64,000 nt of DNA from Octopus bimaculoides (Eukaryota). The notes below the pieces were generated by a model. The model was not told where the DNA came from. It did no database searches and was given only the letters and a program-made list of their open reading frames with translations. Below are positions 1 through 12,900 of this stretch, one piece after another. The stretch lies in NCBI RefSeq assembly GCF_001194135.2, contig NC_068992.1, positions 58,175,866 to 58,239,865 of the forward strand, given 5' to 3'. A program made the position numbers and the translations under genes. The number at the start of each line of letters is the position of its first letter. Position 1 is the first letter of the stretch.

Positions 1-1184
1 TATTTCTATTCTTTTAGGAATTCATTCTCTTCTGGTTGTGATGGTAAGTAGCAATGGTTGTGACAGAAGTTGTTGTTGTTGTTTTGGATGATAATGAAAG
101 TGTTGGCGGAGGCTGCTAAACACATGTTATCACTTCCCACTTTTTTTCATGCCAGAATAAACAATCCTTTGAAAAAGAAAAAAAGAAAAAAAAACCTTAG
201 TGCATTTTGTTTATAAACAAACAGTGAGGATATGTACAATACTGTAAACATACTTCTCTGTTATTGTGATCTCAAACGATGATGGTAAAATTGGCTCTGT
301 ATTATGTTGATATTCCCACTGGTGTCAATAATAGTTGGGAAGAGGAAACAGATGAGTTGGTGAAATATCAGGTTGTTAGTTTTACCAGTTTGATTCGTGG
401 GTTCACATATCTCACTCAAAGCGTGTTATTATGCCTGCAATGAAGCTGGTGGGGGCTGGCAGAAATGTTAGCATGTCAGACAAAGTGCTTAGTGGCATTT
501 TTTTTATCCCCCACAAATACTGGCCCTTATGTTCTGGATTCAAGTTCCACCGAGGTCAACTTTGCCTTTCATCCTTTCAGGGTTGATAAAATAAGTACCA
601 GTTGAGCATTGCGATCAATGTAATTGACTTGTCTCTTCCCTAAAATAATTACTGGCCCTTTGCCAAAATTTGAAACCATTGTGTCTCAAATGTACTTTCC
701 ACAAATTATAACATACTGGCAGTAATTGGATCTAGTTTCTTAGTTTGACCATGCTGAATCATATCATCTAGTTTTTGCCTATTCTGCAGTCCAGTGAATA
801 GAACAGGTTAATGGTGATTGCAGTGTGGGGGAGTTTAGTTAAGCTCTTCGTTTTCTATTGAGAATAAGCCATCAACAACTTCTATCCACTGTTCTTGTTT
901 CTGAGCTGTCTTTTCTGCTTCTCTCCAGTTGGGTCACTGCTTTTTCAGTTCTGCCTTAGCATCTCACTCGCATTCAGCTATTTTTAGGGGGTCAGCTCTT
1001 CCACTTATCTTGTGGGTTTCAGATCAGGGAGACCTGTTACCTTGAGGGCAGAAGGCCTTGCTCTCCCAGGTCTTATTGGTTTTGAATTTTTAAATTATCA
1101 TTGGTGCTTCTGTGACTTTGCTTTTGTCTTGGTAGGGGTGTTGGCCCAGCACGAACTTATTTTTGCCTCTGGGAAGAGTTGGTC

Positions 1185-1335
1185 TATATTAGTCTGACCT
1201 CTGTCCTTTGACCTGTCCAGTATTGGAGGTCCTACCAGCAGCTTGCGCTACATTGGCATAGCTCTCGGGGTCATTTTGGCAAACAAGCCAACACACCACT
1301 ACAAGGATCAAACCTTTTAGTGGGATTGGAAGGTT
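1185..1335 (-). mobile_element. Decayed 5' end of an RTE-clade non-LTR retrotransposon
   Basis: Minus strand reads ccttgtagtggtg...ggcttg..tgcc..aatgaccccgagagctatgcc...gctgctggtaggacctcc..tactggacaggtcaaagg, resembling the conserved RTE/BovB/Expander 5'-UTR. Recognised by eye. Confidence 0.45.
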
Positions 1336-1374
1336 AGGGATTCTTTTATTCTTTCATCGGTTTTTTTGGTGGGG

Positions 1375-1690
1375 GTCAAAGAAATCAACCCCGGGACTTA
1401 TTCTTTGAAAGCCTAGTACTTATTCTATGAGTCTCTTTTGCCGAACTGCTAAGTTACAGGAACATACATGTACCAATATTGGTTGTCAAGCGATGGTGGG
1501 GGACAAACACAGACACAATAACACACACACAAATATATATATGACAGGCTTCTTTCAGTTTCCATCTGCCAAATCCACTCACAAGGCTTTGGTTGGCTGG
1601 AGGCTATAGTAGAAGACACTTGCCCAAGGAGCCATGCAGTGGGACTGAACCCAGAACCATGTGATTGGGAAGCAAGCTTCTTACCACACT
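1375..1690 (-). mobile_element. CORE-type SINE copy
   Basis: Same family as 34686-35131 (gaagacacttgcccaagg...gggactgaacc...ttaccacac). Confidence 0.8.
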
Positions 1691-2799
1691 ATTCTATTTA
1701 CACGAACACAACACAATGCTAGTTATTGTATCTAGTTTTGGTACTAATATAGCTAGTATCATATTTCTACACTAATTGTTGTGCCCTTATTTCCAATACA
1801 GTGCTTGTATGCCTTGTACTCAGAACCAATAATTGACTCATAAGTCACCTTAGGATCCATAAACAAGACAAAGACCCTCAATGGTGAGAGAGAGCCATAT
1901 GTATGACACTATACAAAGTACTCCTTATAGTGAGTACTTTGTCACTGTAGAATCCAGTTGTGTATGACACTCTCATATCATATACAACTGGATCCCAACC
2001 ACTACAGACATAATATCTCTGTGGGAACCTTTATGTGGTTGCTCAACCTGATGGAAATAGCAGTCAAATAATCTCCCTTGAATCACATCGAAATGGACAG
2101 GACACACTGGATGATGTGTATTCCTAGGCATGTAATATAATAGAATGGTCACATCTAGAATGCCTTTGAACAGAAGTCTGGTCAGTAAGTGCACTCCTGG
2201 GGTTAAATAAAAACAGCCACAACACAGATACTCCCGTACCACTATAACCATTTATGGGTGGAAACTGGGTAGTAAAAGTACTTTGTTTACTTTTTATATG
2301 AAATTATTACAATTAAGAAATGTTAATCAGCAACACCAAATAATGAGACTACAAGTTTGATGAGGAACCAGTAGGTCTACCAAAATACTTGATCTATGTC
2401 TGTAAGACTGTAATATGCAATAATCTAGAATGGCCAAATATTTGAATATTTATTATACAATTTTAGAATATATTTATCTCTTTTTATCTTATCAACACAA
2501 AATGGTCCCTAGTTTTAGTTTTGCACCTTAATCTTGATAATATAGATAAAGGTTGCTGTTAAGAGCAGATGTTGAGAAGCGTTTTGGACCTGCCACTTTT
2601 GAATATTAGTGGCTGAGAATCCTGCTGTTTCAGGAAATAGGAAATGTCAAAAGGAACTCTGGGCCTGCTGGAGATATAAATAACATCATTTAATATGCAG
2701 ACCAACCGACTAAATACCTACTACAAATGTACTTTAAGATTGCACAGACACACGCATACACACCATCATCATCATCATCATCATCATCTCTCTCTCTCA

Positions 2800-3230
2800 T
2801 CTTTTATCTTGTTTTAGTCATTGGACTGTGGCCATGCTGGGGCACCAGTTTGATGGGTTTAGTCAAACAAATTAATCCCAGCACTTAGTTTTTTTTTAAA
2901 GCCTGATACTTATTCTGTCAGTCTCTTTTTGCCTAACCACTAAGTTACAGGGACATAAACAAACCAGTACTGGTTGTCAAGTGGCAGTGAGGAACAAATA
3001 CAAACACAAAAGCACACACATATTACATACACACACACATATTACATACACACACACATATACAATGGGTTTTTTCCAGTTTTACCAAATCCACTCACAA
3101 GGCTTTGGTCAGCTCGTGGCTATAGTATGAGACACTTGCTGCTTGCCTAAGGTGCTACACAGTGGAACTGAACCCAGAACTATGTGGTTGGCAAGCAAAC
3201 TTGTTACCACACTGCCATGCCTACGCCTAG
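2800..3230 (-). mobile_element. CORE-type SINE copy
   Basis: Same family; spans both the 3' body and the tRNA head. Confidence 0.8.
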
Positions 3231-5943
3231 CTATAAATAAATTTTATGGTCAATTACTATCAGAAGCAGCACCTTTAATTGTTTGATGAAAATGATGGAA
3301 TGTAAATCATGAAGAGGATGAATCTTTGACTGTACTTAATATTATGTAATTGGGATACATGAAGAAGCAGAGATGATATTTCTGTGATAATTTAGCCTAC
3401 AAACATTTAGTTGATTTGCAATAATGGGTTATTGATTTTTTTCCACATCAGTAGAACCTTGAAAGGACCGTGCCTAAGAACAAATGTCAAAGAAAGTTAT
3501 CAGCATATAATTTTGGGGAAATTTTACCTGAAGGCTGTCCGTTTAATGAAAACTACTTGGAAGTAGAAGTTTGAACAACTCATCCAGGTTTCTTCCCATT
3601 TAGAATATTGGCACTTATTTTAGACTACATCAATCTGTTACAAATGGAGAAAAGTTGGTGCTGACAAGGAGAAAGGTATAAACTTGTGCGTGTGTGTGTG
3701 TGTTCTTTTTCTCATTTTAGTTTTAGAGTAAATATGAACTGGCCACCGACTTGGCAGCAAAATTGTGAAGGAAAGTATTTTTTAATCATCATCTTTAAAT
3801 CTTAATAAAGTCTTGCAGATTTTTATAATCCCAGATATTGTGATCTGTTATGCATGCATGTATGTATGTATGTATGTATGTAGAAGTCATTGTGATTATT
3901 TCCCTATACTGTTGCAGTGTTAATAGCCATCGGATTAGTATACAGCGGTATCAGTGCATTCTGCAGATTTTTAATCAGTATAAGGGAAGAAACAAAGACA
4001 GAACATAATGACCCTCTTAAGATCAGGATTGAACATTAGTTAGGTGTAATCAAAGGAGAAACATGTTGCTAAAGAGTAGTTTCCATAAATGTGAGCCATA
4101 ATAAAAACCCAGGAAAACAAGAGGTAGCATGTAGAGCAATAAATAAAAGCCTCAGTTACAACATGGCTGCCATTACGAAATTAGTTTTCAAAATGGCTAC
4201 CATTGCAATATAAGTTTTAATACCCAAAACTTCAACTCATAATTTTCCTTCCATGATAATTACGTGTCAAATTTGTGGCATGGAGTTCAACCTGCATTAG
4301 ATATAGATTCAGGATACAGAATCAGCCACTCTGAGGGTCAGAGAATAGACCAATGTATGATATGTAAAGAAATATAGAAACTGAAGTTAAGAACCTTCAA
4401 ATTACTCTTGCATTAAGTTGTCAATTTTTATATGTAAAACTGAAGTAGTTTTGTAATATTAACATGTTAGCACTTTTGAATTATTGTAGACTCGGTCTTA
4501 TGAATTCATTTGTACCAAATTTCTAGAAATTGCATCAACTTGAAACAGGCTACAAAACAGTCTAAAGGCATTCAGTGAAGTCAGCAATGTCTCAACTAAT
4601 AATAAAAAAGTAATTTCATCCAAGAAATTATTATAATTATAAATATTGTTATTATTATCATCATCATCATTATTATTAGTGCCGACGTGCTGGCAGAATT
4701 GTTAGCAAGCCAGGCAAAATGCTTAGCAGCATTTCGTCTGTATGATTTGAGTTCAAATTCTGCTGAGGTTAACTTTGCTTTTCATCCTTTAAGGTAGATG
4801 AAATAAGTACCATTTGAACACTGGGGTCAATGTAATTGACTTAACTCCACCCCTGAAATTGCTGGCCTTGTATCAAAATCTGAAATTGTTATTATTATTA
4901 TTATTAGTAGTAGTTAAGGCAGTGAGCTGGCAGAATCATTAGCACACTACTTAACAGCATTTCATCTATCTTTATGTTCTGAGTTCAAATTCCACTGTGG
5001 TCGACTTTGCCTCTCATTCTTTTGGAGTCAGTAAAACAAATACCAGTGAAGCACCGAATCAATGAAATTGACTATCCTCCTAACTGAAGGAATGCTAAGC
5101 GTGTGAATCTGAGAGGGGAATATGTTGAATAAAATCATAATTAACTGATCCTTCTGTATTTCCTTTTACTCAAAGCCAGGGATTTGTATAATCAGGATTG
5201 TTCTTTGGTAGGTTGGTATCAAAACGGTTAAATCAGCTCTTGTTCTGTCTTCCTCTTACCCACTCCATTTGCATCAAGTCTTACACTCTGTGGTCAGACC
5301 ACCAAATTGTTTGTCAAACACATTTCCTAATCCTGTCTCTTTTTCCTTAACCCTTTAATATTTAAACTAGTCATATCTAGCCCAGATATTCTACCCATTT
5401 GCTGTTCAAACCGACTAGTTCCCGTCTCTCACACTTACCCTATAATGTCATTCTAAAACAAATCAATCACATCATTGAAATATCAAAGCTAGTAGATAAT
5501 GCATGATTAATTCAAAACAATGCGAGTAAATAAGCATCATATTTTGACAGAGTAATCTGAGTGATAACGCTTTAAAACTGCTTTTCATTGGTTACCCTTC
5601 TTGCTTAACCATTAATTCAGTTTGCTACATGTGTTTATCCCTGTTGTTTCTTTTTGTTGGATAGATAAAGTACCAATCTAGAGTGGTAGTTTGGCAGAAT
5701 GGTAAAAGCATTGGATGAGATGTGTTGTGGCATTTAGCATCCCGAGTTCAAATTCCACCGAGCTGTCAATGGACAGGGTTAATCCAGGGTTAATCATTTG
5801 ACAATGGGGAACACTGTTCAATCTGTAAATGGCCAGTATGGCTTGGCAGGCCCAGAACTTGTATAGATATGCTGGTATCATCAGCATGTTGTGGCTTCCA
5901 TCCAGCAATGCATTAATGACTGTTGAATGGATTGGAGTGAGCA

Positions 5944-5944
5944 G

Positions 5945-5978
<34 letters not shown>

Positions 5979-6062
5979 CCTATCTACCTATCCACCTATC
6001 GATCTATCTATCTAATCTTCCCTCCTTCTTTCTTTCCTTCTCTCTCTCTCTCTCTCTCTCTC
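5944..6062. repeat. (TATC)n followed by (CT)n microsatellite
   Basis: Directly visible. Confidence 0.9.
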
Positions 6063-6264
6063 TCAATAATCCAAAAATTGGGATTTGTATGTTATTGCCT
6101 GATCTGCTAGAAATAGCGATCAAACCACACCTCATCATCTTAAAAAGGGAGGGCATGTTGGGATAGTGCAGTTTTTAGATATGTCAAATAACGAGGTCGA
6201 TATATCTGGAATATCTTTGGTTATATAGTTGCTCCATTAAGGTCATCCTAAGCTAAACATTACC

Positions 6265-6297
<33 letters not shown>

Positions 6298-6549
6298 CAC
6301 CAAACATTGCTCTGAAGCTTGTTAATGTCCAAGTTCTTCCTTTCTATATTTGTCTCTAAAATTGAAACAGCCACAAAAATAAAGTATGAGGTACTTGAAA
6401 TATCAAGACTATATTTCTTCCTCCAACTGACCAGTAGAGAAAAAAAAATCAAACTGTGTGACTAATTAATATGTCTGTTAGTAATTGCACTTATTTATTT
6501 ATTTATTTTGTACAATTTGTCCTGTAATCTCGTGTTCTGGTTTCCGCAG

Positions 6550-6562
6550 TTTATCAAAACTG
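6550..6562 (+). CDS. Candidate 13-nt microexon upstream of the 6851 exon
   Basis: tttccgcag|TTTATCAAAACTG|gtaatt. It joins in frame to give (x)LSKL-VAESVAELERTLSAIK*. Confidence 0.35.
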
Positions 6563-6850
6563 GTAATTTCTTGGAATGGTTTGATACTGCAGCGACTCAA
6601 AATAATCAAACATTTCTTTCTTTCTTTCTTTTTTTCTTCCTCCTTCTCTTTGCTTAGCTCAAAGTACTTACTACTTGGTCTTACTTAAATGATATTGTCG
6701 AGTCTAAAATGACATACTTCAGCTTTAATAACCGACTACTGTGTATATTTGGGGCTTTTATTTGCTTTTTTTCTTTTTATTTGTTATTATTATTATTATC
6801 ATCATTATTATTTGTTTATTTATTTATTTTCTTTTTCTCACACCTCCTAG

Positions 6851-6901
6851 GTTGCTGAATCTGTGGCAGAACTGGAGAGAACACTGTCTGCTATAAAATA
6901 A
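6851..6901 (+). CDS. Candidate terminal coding exon of an upstream gene (VAESVAELERTLSAIK*), product unidentified
   Basis: Strong pyrimidine tract plus ctcctag acceptor (6850). The frame is helical and protein-like, ends in TAA (6899-6901), and is followed by U-rich 3'-UTR-like sequence. No family recognised. Confidence 0.5.
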   Translation, partial: VAESVAELERTLSAIK

Positions 6902-9900
6902 CTAAAAGATATTTTGGAGACACACTTCTTAGGTTGATGGGCTCTTTACTGCTCTCTATGTATTCTGAGGCATTCTTTAATTTACCACAACATTTGGAAG
7001 TTATCTCTACCATTTTCCGATCCTTGTCAATTTTGGTGTCCCACTCACTTCAGATTTCAATGAGCCATTTGTGACTATATATTTCTAGTTACATAATCTG
7101 CAAGTAAGACCTTTTTTTGTTTTTCCTAATCATTTCCATTAACTCGTTAAACTGTTTAAACTATTTAATTATATGTTTGCTTCACTTGGTTTTCTTTTTA
7201 ACTTTTTGAAATGGATTTCTAGAAATTTCTTTTGATTCAAACTTTTGAAATAATTAAGCTAATTAAAGTAAAAGAAAAGAAAGAGAAAAGCAGTAATTTA
7301 TATTTTATTAGTTTCAGTGAAATTTCAAAATCTATCCATTAGAATTTACTTTTTATTCAACTTTCTTTTTTGTCTGTAGGTGAACAGTTGTTATATGCTT
7401 TTTTTCCTCCATTCTTCTGACAATTTTCTTCACATCCTATTCAATGTTATTGAGTTGCTATATTATAATGGAAATGTGTATGTTGTAGTACATTGTCCCA
7501 TTTTAATTTTATGATGGATATAATCACTAGATTATCATCAGTAAATATAGGTTGTTTATGGACAATCAAAATTACCACTTAATATAATTTCTTAAGTTTA
7601 TTTTATTCTTTATAAATATTTTTAAAAAAGTATTATTGGACATTGCCATACTAATCTTACCACATTTATGACAATGTTGATTCTTTACACCCATCTTATT
7701 TTACATTCACCTTTCTATGTTGGCATGGGTTTTCAGGTAGTCTTTTAAGGCCTGATGCCTCTCTAGATTGTAACCATTTTAGTTGTTTCTCATGACTTGC
7801 AATGACACCATATACTTATTCTAAAAACTGACATATGCATGACATTGGCCACTCTCTGACAGATTTTGTAGTTGAACATCTGGTGTTCTTGGTCACCGGA
7901 TTACATTCCTACTTACTGTTATTGGGGCATGGCTATCTGCAAGTGCAAGCCCCTGAGTTAGAGTGGTTATTCCAGCATGTCTTTCTTGCCATCCTCAGTA
8001 CGACACCTTTTCCATTTTGTCGGTCAGGACTATGGGGTAGACTGACAAGTCTTATATCTCCTAAATATAATGACTATGAGCACAACTTTCACAAATTTAC
8101 TATATAGTGAACTGGGTCAATACTAAATCTGTTTGTTACATAATTCTTTTAGGTTTTGAATGAATAGCAACCACCATTTAACAGTTGTAGACATTTCATT
8201 TCCTTTACATCCCTCATGTTCTTGATGAAAGAATGACCACTACATTTCCATTTAGCCTCAAACATGAAACAACCTTGTTCTCAACTAAACGGGAACAATA
8301 TTATAAAAGACTAGGAACTGACAAAAATGGTAATGCTAGACAATCAGTGACAGCATTTTAGTTTGTCTTAAAAATTCCGAGTTTCATTCTAAATCCTGGC
8401 AGGGATTTATTATTTTTTTTTTTCTGCCTTGTTAGGGTTTATTATTTTTTTTTTTCTGCCTTGCAGGGCTGGTCATGTAATTCTCTGATAGTTACTGCAG
8501 ACAATTTGATTTACTACTCTTTTTGTTCACATATTTATAGATCTGCACCACTAAAATAAATCAGCACCATAAGAGGCCGGATCATGTGTCATTGTCATGT
8601 GCTGCCACAACTAACTTCTCAACATAGGTCAGTTTCAGTTGGATATTGGTGACCCGTTTCCCTTCACACTTTTGTAAATGAGATCAATGTTGAACAATGT
8701 CCATAGCCTTGTTTCCCACAAATCACACCTATTGCTTATTAAAATGTTAAAGTAAAACAAATTTCTGGTCAGCCAGGTTTGCAAGTCCTTTTTGATTATC
8801 CATCCATGTCCACTCACTGCGTTCCCCTCCTCATCACCTCCCACTCTCCTTTCACACTGTTGTGAACTTAGCTGCCAACACTCCCTATTCAATCCTCTGT
8901 ACCACTTCACTTATATACTCTTCGAGGGTGTGCCCCAACATATAATCTTCACCATCTCTCCTTCCTTTCCCAACTGGGGTAGCCATCTATCTCCTCTACA
9001 GCAAGACACCTGCTTCTATCCCTTTCCCATACTATAACCTCTCACCACCATTCACAAAGCTACCTCCCTCAGTACTACTCCCCACTCAGTTGAGGGGGCT
9101 TGTCTTTTGAGTTACATGGTGACCTTGCTGGTGCTGTGCCATTTAAAAAGCACCCTGTACAATCTGTAAAATGGTTAGCTTTAGGAAGAGCATCTATCTG
9201 TAAAAACAATGACAAAGCAGACAGTAAAGCTTGGCGCATTCCTCTGGTTCACTGGTGCTTATCAACTCATCCAGCGCATGTCAGCTTGATGATAATGATT
9301 CTAGTGTTTGCACTTACATTGTCATGTTTTTCCTCAGATCAGCCCAAATTGGTCAGATTTAAGATCAAAGATGTTTCAATCCTTACCATTCTGACATCTT
9401 TGAATGCTCAAGAGATTACATTATCTAATATGTACTTTTTAAACTCTTTCTTTTTTTAGGTTAATTAGGCGTGATCTGAAGAAGATTTGGCTATTATTTC
9501 TAGCAGATTAAGTGACTATATAGTGGCTTCCCTTGGTGGTTTGAGGTTTCTCTCATTGCCTCAAAGCTTCCTTCATTGAATAGAGGTTTTCTCTTGGTTG
9601 CTAGAGTTTTCCCCTTATAAGGGGATTCATTCATTGGCCTTAGCTTCCTTAGGAATTTCAACCATGTTTCGTGGTCTGCTACCACAACAGCTCCTTTATA
9701 GGATCCAGTTAGCTGAAGACATCATCAGGAGGAACCACGTCCGGTTTCGGCCCCTACTCCTCTACCGTTTTGACGTGGCGGGGCCACCCCCTTTCGGAGG
9801 TATCTTCAGCTCTGGTGTTGGGTGCATGTCTTCTTTCACTGTTTGTGACTGTTCTAACTCAACTGTGGAATGTCCCTCGCTATGGTTATTTTCCAGGAGG

Positions 9901-12900
9901 TTCTGGCCACACGTCTTACGGTTCATCAACCCACGTTGTTGAATTACTTTCTTCCGACATACCTTCCCTTGGTGGATTAGGATCCAGTTAGCTGAAGACA
10001 TCATCAGGAAAAATTTATTTTAAACAATCGACCCCGAAAGGATGAAAGGCAAAGTCGACCTCGGTGGAATTTGAACTCAGAACGTAACGGCAGACGAAAT
10101 ACTGCTAAACATTTCGCCTGGAGTGCTAACGATTCTGCCCTAGGTCACCTGCTGGTTGGCTTCGTTTGAAGAACCCGCCTTGCAATTCTTCCCTTTTGAC
10201 ATTCCAGTCAGGGCTGTGACTTTTCAGTGCAAAGTTGATAAAAAGACAAAACTGACAGTCAGAGGATTTGAACTCAAAAATGGTAAAGTATCAGAGGTAA
10301 TAAGAAGTAGAGATGAATAAGACCAAGTGGAAAGCATGATTTTCTCATAAGATTGTGGCTTCAATTCCTGGACCAGGTGACATGTTGTGTTCTTGAACAA
10401 AACACTTCATTCATGTTGCTCCAGTCCACTCAGCTGGTAAAAATGAGTCATCCTGCGATGGACTAGCATCACATCTAGAGTATAATATATATATGCCAGA
10501 GAAACCAAGAAACCAGCCTTTGTGGACTAACCATTGCCTTATAAATGGAGTGCAAAAAAACCTATTGAAACCTACTTTTGCTCAATGAACTATTTGAATG
10601 TATTGTTGTTGATTAGCATCAGATCTAACCTAATTGAATAGACTTGTAATGAAACAAGTTCCAGCCGTAAACATCTGTTCTCTTTGCATATCAACGGCTA
10701 CCATATTTGTCATGACCATCTTGTTTCTTTCTTTTTTTTTTTTTTTTTTTGCTATACTATTGACTATGTTGTCTATTGTATCCTTCTTTAAGACAGAAGG
10801 TCACACAAATGATAACAGCACATGCGAAAAATAAATACTTGGCTTCTATTATTTTCCTTTTGTTTTTATTTAAATAGAAATAAAATCATTGAATTATATT
10901 TCGGACACTCCAGAATTTGAGTAGATTTTTGAATATTGAAAACCATTCAATGCAAACTTGTTTTGCAAAGCTATTTCTTTAAGTACACATGTAACTCAAA
11001 GTAGTCCTCTACTTCATTTCAAAGATAAGTTTTATTCAAGTGTTATAGTGAAATTCTTTGTAGAAACTTGGATAAATGTGGTACTTCATTTTGGTTGTTC
11101 TCTGCTGGCTATTATTTCAATAGCCATCTCTTCTGATTGGAAGTGTGCCTTCAGAAGGAATTAGTATGATGTTAGTTTTCTAGCTGAAGATCTAGTTGTT
11201 TCTATCATGTTACCAATGGTACTGGTGATTGCTGTCAATGGGGTATAAGCTTTTAATGTTTTAGTTTCTGAGAAGACTAATTGTTGAACTGATGGAGTAC
11301 CCATGGGAATTTTTTTTTTTTTTGATGTAATTATTTAAAATTATCTAATTAGTAAATAATTTTCATGAAAACAAACGATCAAACAAACTATATTCTATTA
11401 GTCATTCTGTGATATGGTACAAGTAAATGTTATATTTTAATATGGTGACGAAATTTAACTCTTATCATCATGCTCATTGTTGTTTTAGCATCCACTTTTC
11501 CATGCTTAAATGGGTTGGACATAGTTTATTGAGGCAGATTTTCTTCAGCCAGGTGCCCTTTCTTTTGCCAACCTGTACCTGGTTCCAAGCAAGATAATAG
11601 TTCCTCTGTTGAAAATTTTTTTAAGGGAAAACCCAGTGCTGTAATGATTCTGTTACAGACCAGAATCAAACAGTTGAAGAAGGGATTAGAGCATTCTTCA
11701 TTACACAAAAGAGTTTCTCACTTTCCTTCAAAATGAAAGTAAGCAACATTAGTACAATTTGTGTAATACCATGGGTTTCAGGACTGGCTAGCAAATGCAG
11801 TCCCATGTGGTGCTGTCTTGGACAGGAAGCTAATAGTCAATAAGACTAGTAACTTCCTGTTTTCACCTAGCCCCAAGTATATACCACTTGGTGGTAAACA
11901 TTACTGCTGCAATTGATGTGTGATTTGTTCACTTGCAGTGCCAAGTCCAAGTTTCTTCTGAGAATGGCATAGGCAATGGGAAACTTTTCTAGTGTATCCC
12001 ATCCTTGAATCTCAACACAGAGACCTAGTCTATAGTTGTGCTCCAATAATCCAGTAAGGTTGCTTCAATAAGATCGTAGCTCTAATTACTGCCAGATTAA
12101 TCCTAATCCCAAACAACAGTTTTACCCAGCTCTATGTATGTATTCGACTGAATGATAAAGGAGTTCAGATCATTAACAGTGTTTCTTCAGAGTATTTCAT
12201 TAATGTTATTTTAAGAGTTTGGAAGAATTTTCCAAGAAAACTTTTTTTGTTTTTGTTTATACAAAGGTGAGAGAAGCTAAATAAAACATCTAAGTTACAA
12301 AAACATAAATCTTAAAATGAGGATTAGACATCAAGCATTCACTGACCATAATGAGTAGGTTTATAAACATAAGTTTATAATAAAACTTACATTGTTTTAC
12401 TTATTTATTTATCAGCTTGTTTGTGGATTTCTTCCTCTATCCTATATGTTAGTCAAATGAAAAAAAAAACTCTATAGAGCTACTGACTGAAACTTATAAA
12501 AATCAATGGTCGGGCATTTTGCAGGATATTTTCTGGTTATTTCTGGCAGTATAAATAACCACTTTGAAGCCTCTTCTTGCCTATAGATTCTAATAGTGAC
12601 TACAGTAGAGATGAGAATCATGAATTTGGTCTTTGGTCCTGGCAAAACAGTCTCTGCTTCTCAGTTTTTATTTATTCCTTTCTCTGGTGGTGTGCAAAAA
12701 AAAAATAACACATTTACAAGTCACTGTAATATGGTACACATATAGTGTAAACATACAAACATCTTCACTGTTTTACTAAATCTTGCTGCATGTCACATGA
12801 AAGTTTTGGTCCTCAAATGTCTTCTTAGTGTCTAAGTGTATAAGTCAACCTACCTTTTTTTCTTTTTGGTTGTAAATTTTGGTCTGAAAAATTCAACTTG

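Noticed and set aside
278-442. 54-codon frame MMVKLALYYVDIPTGVNNSWEEETDELVKYQ...
   Set aside because: No suitable acceptor, no recognisable homology, and it runs into a SINE.
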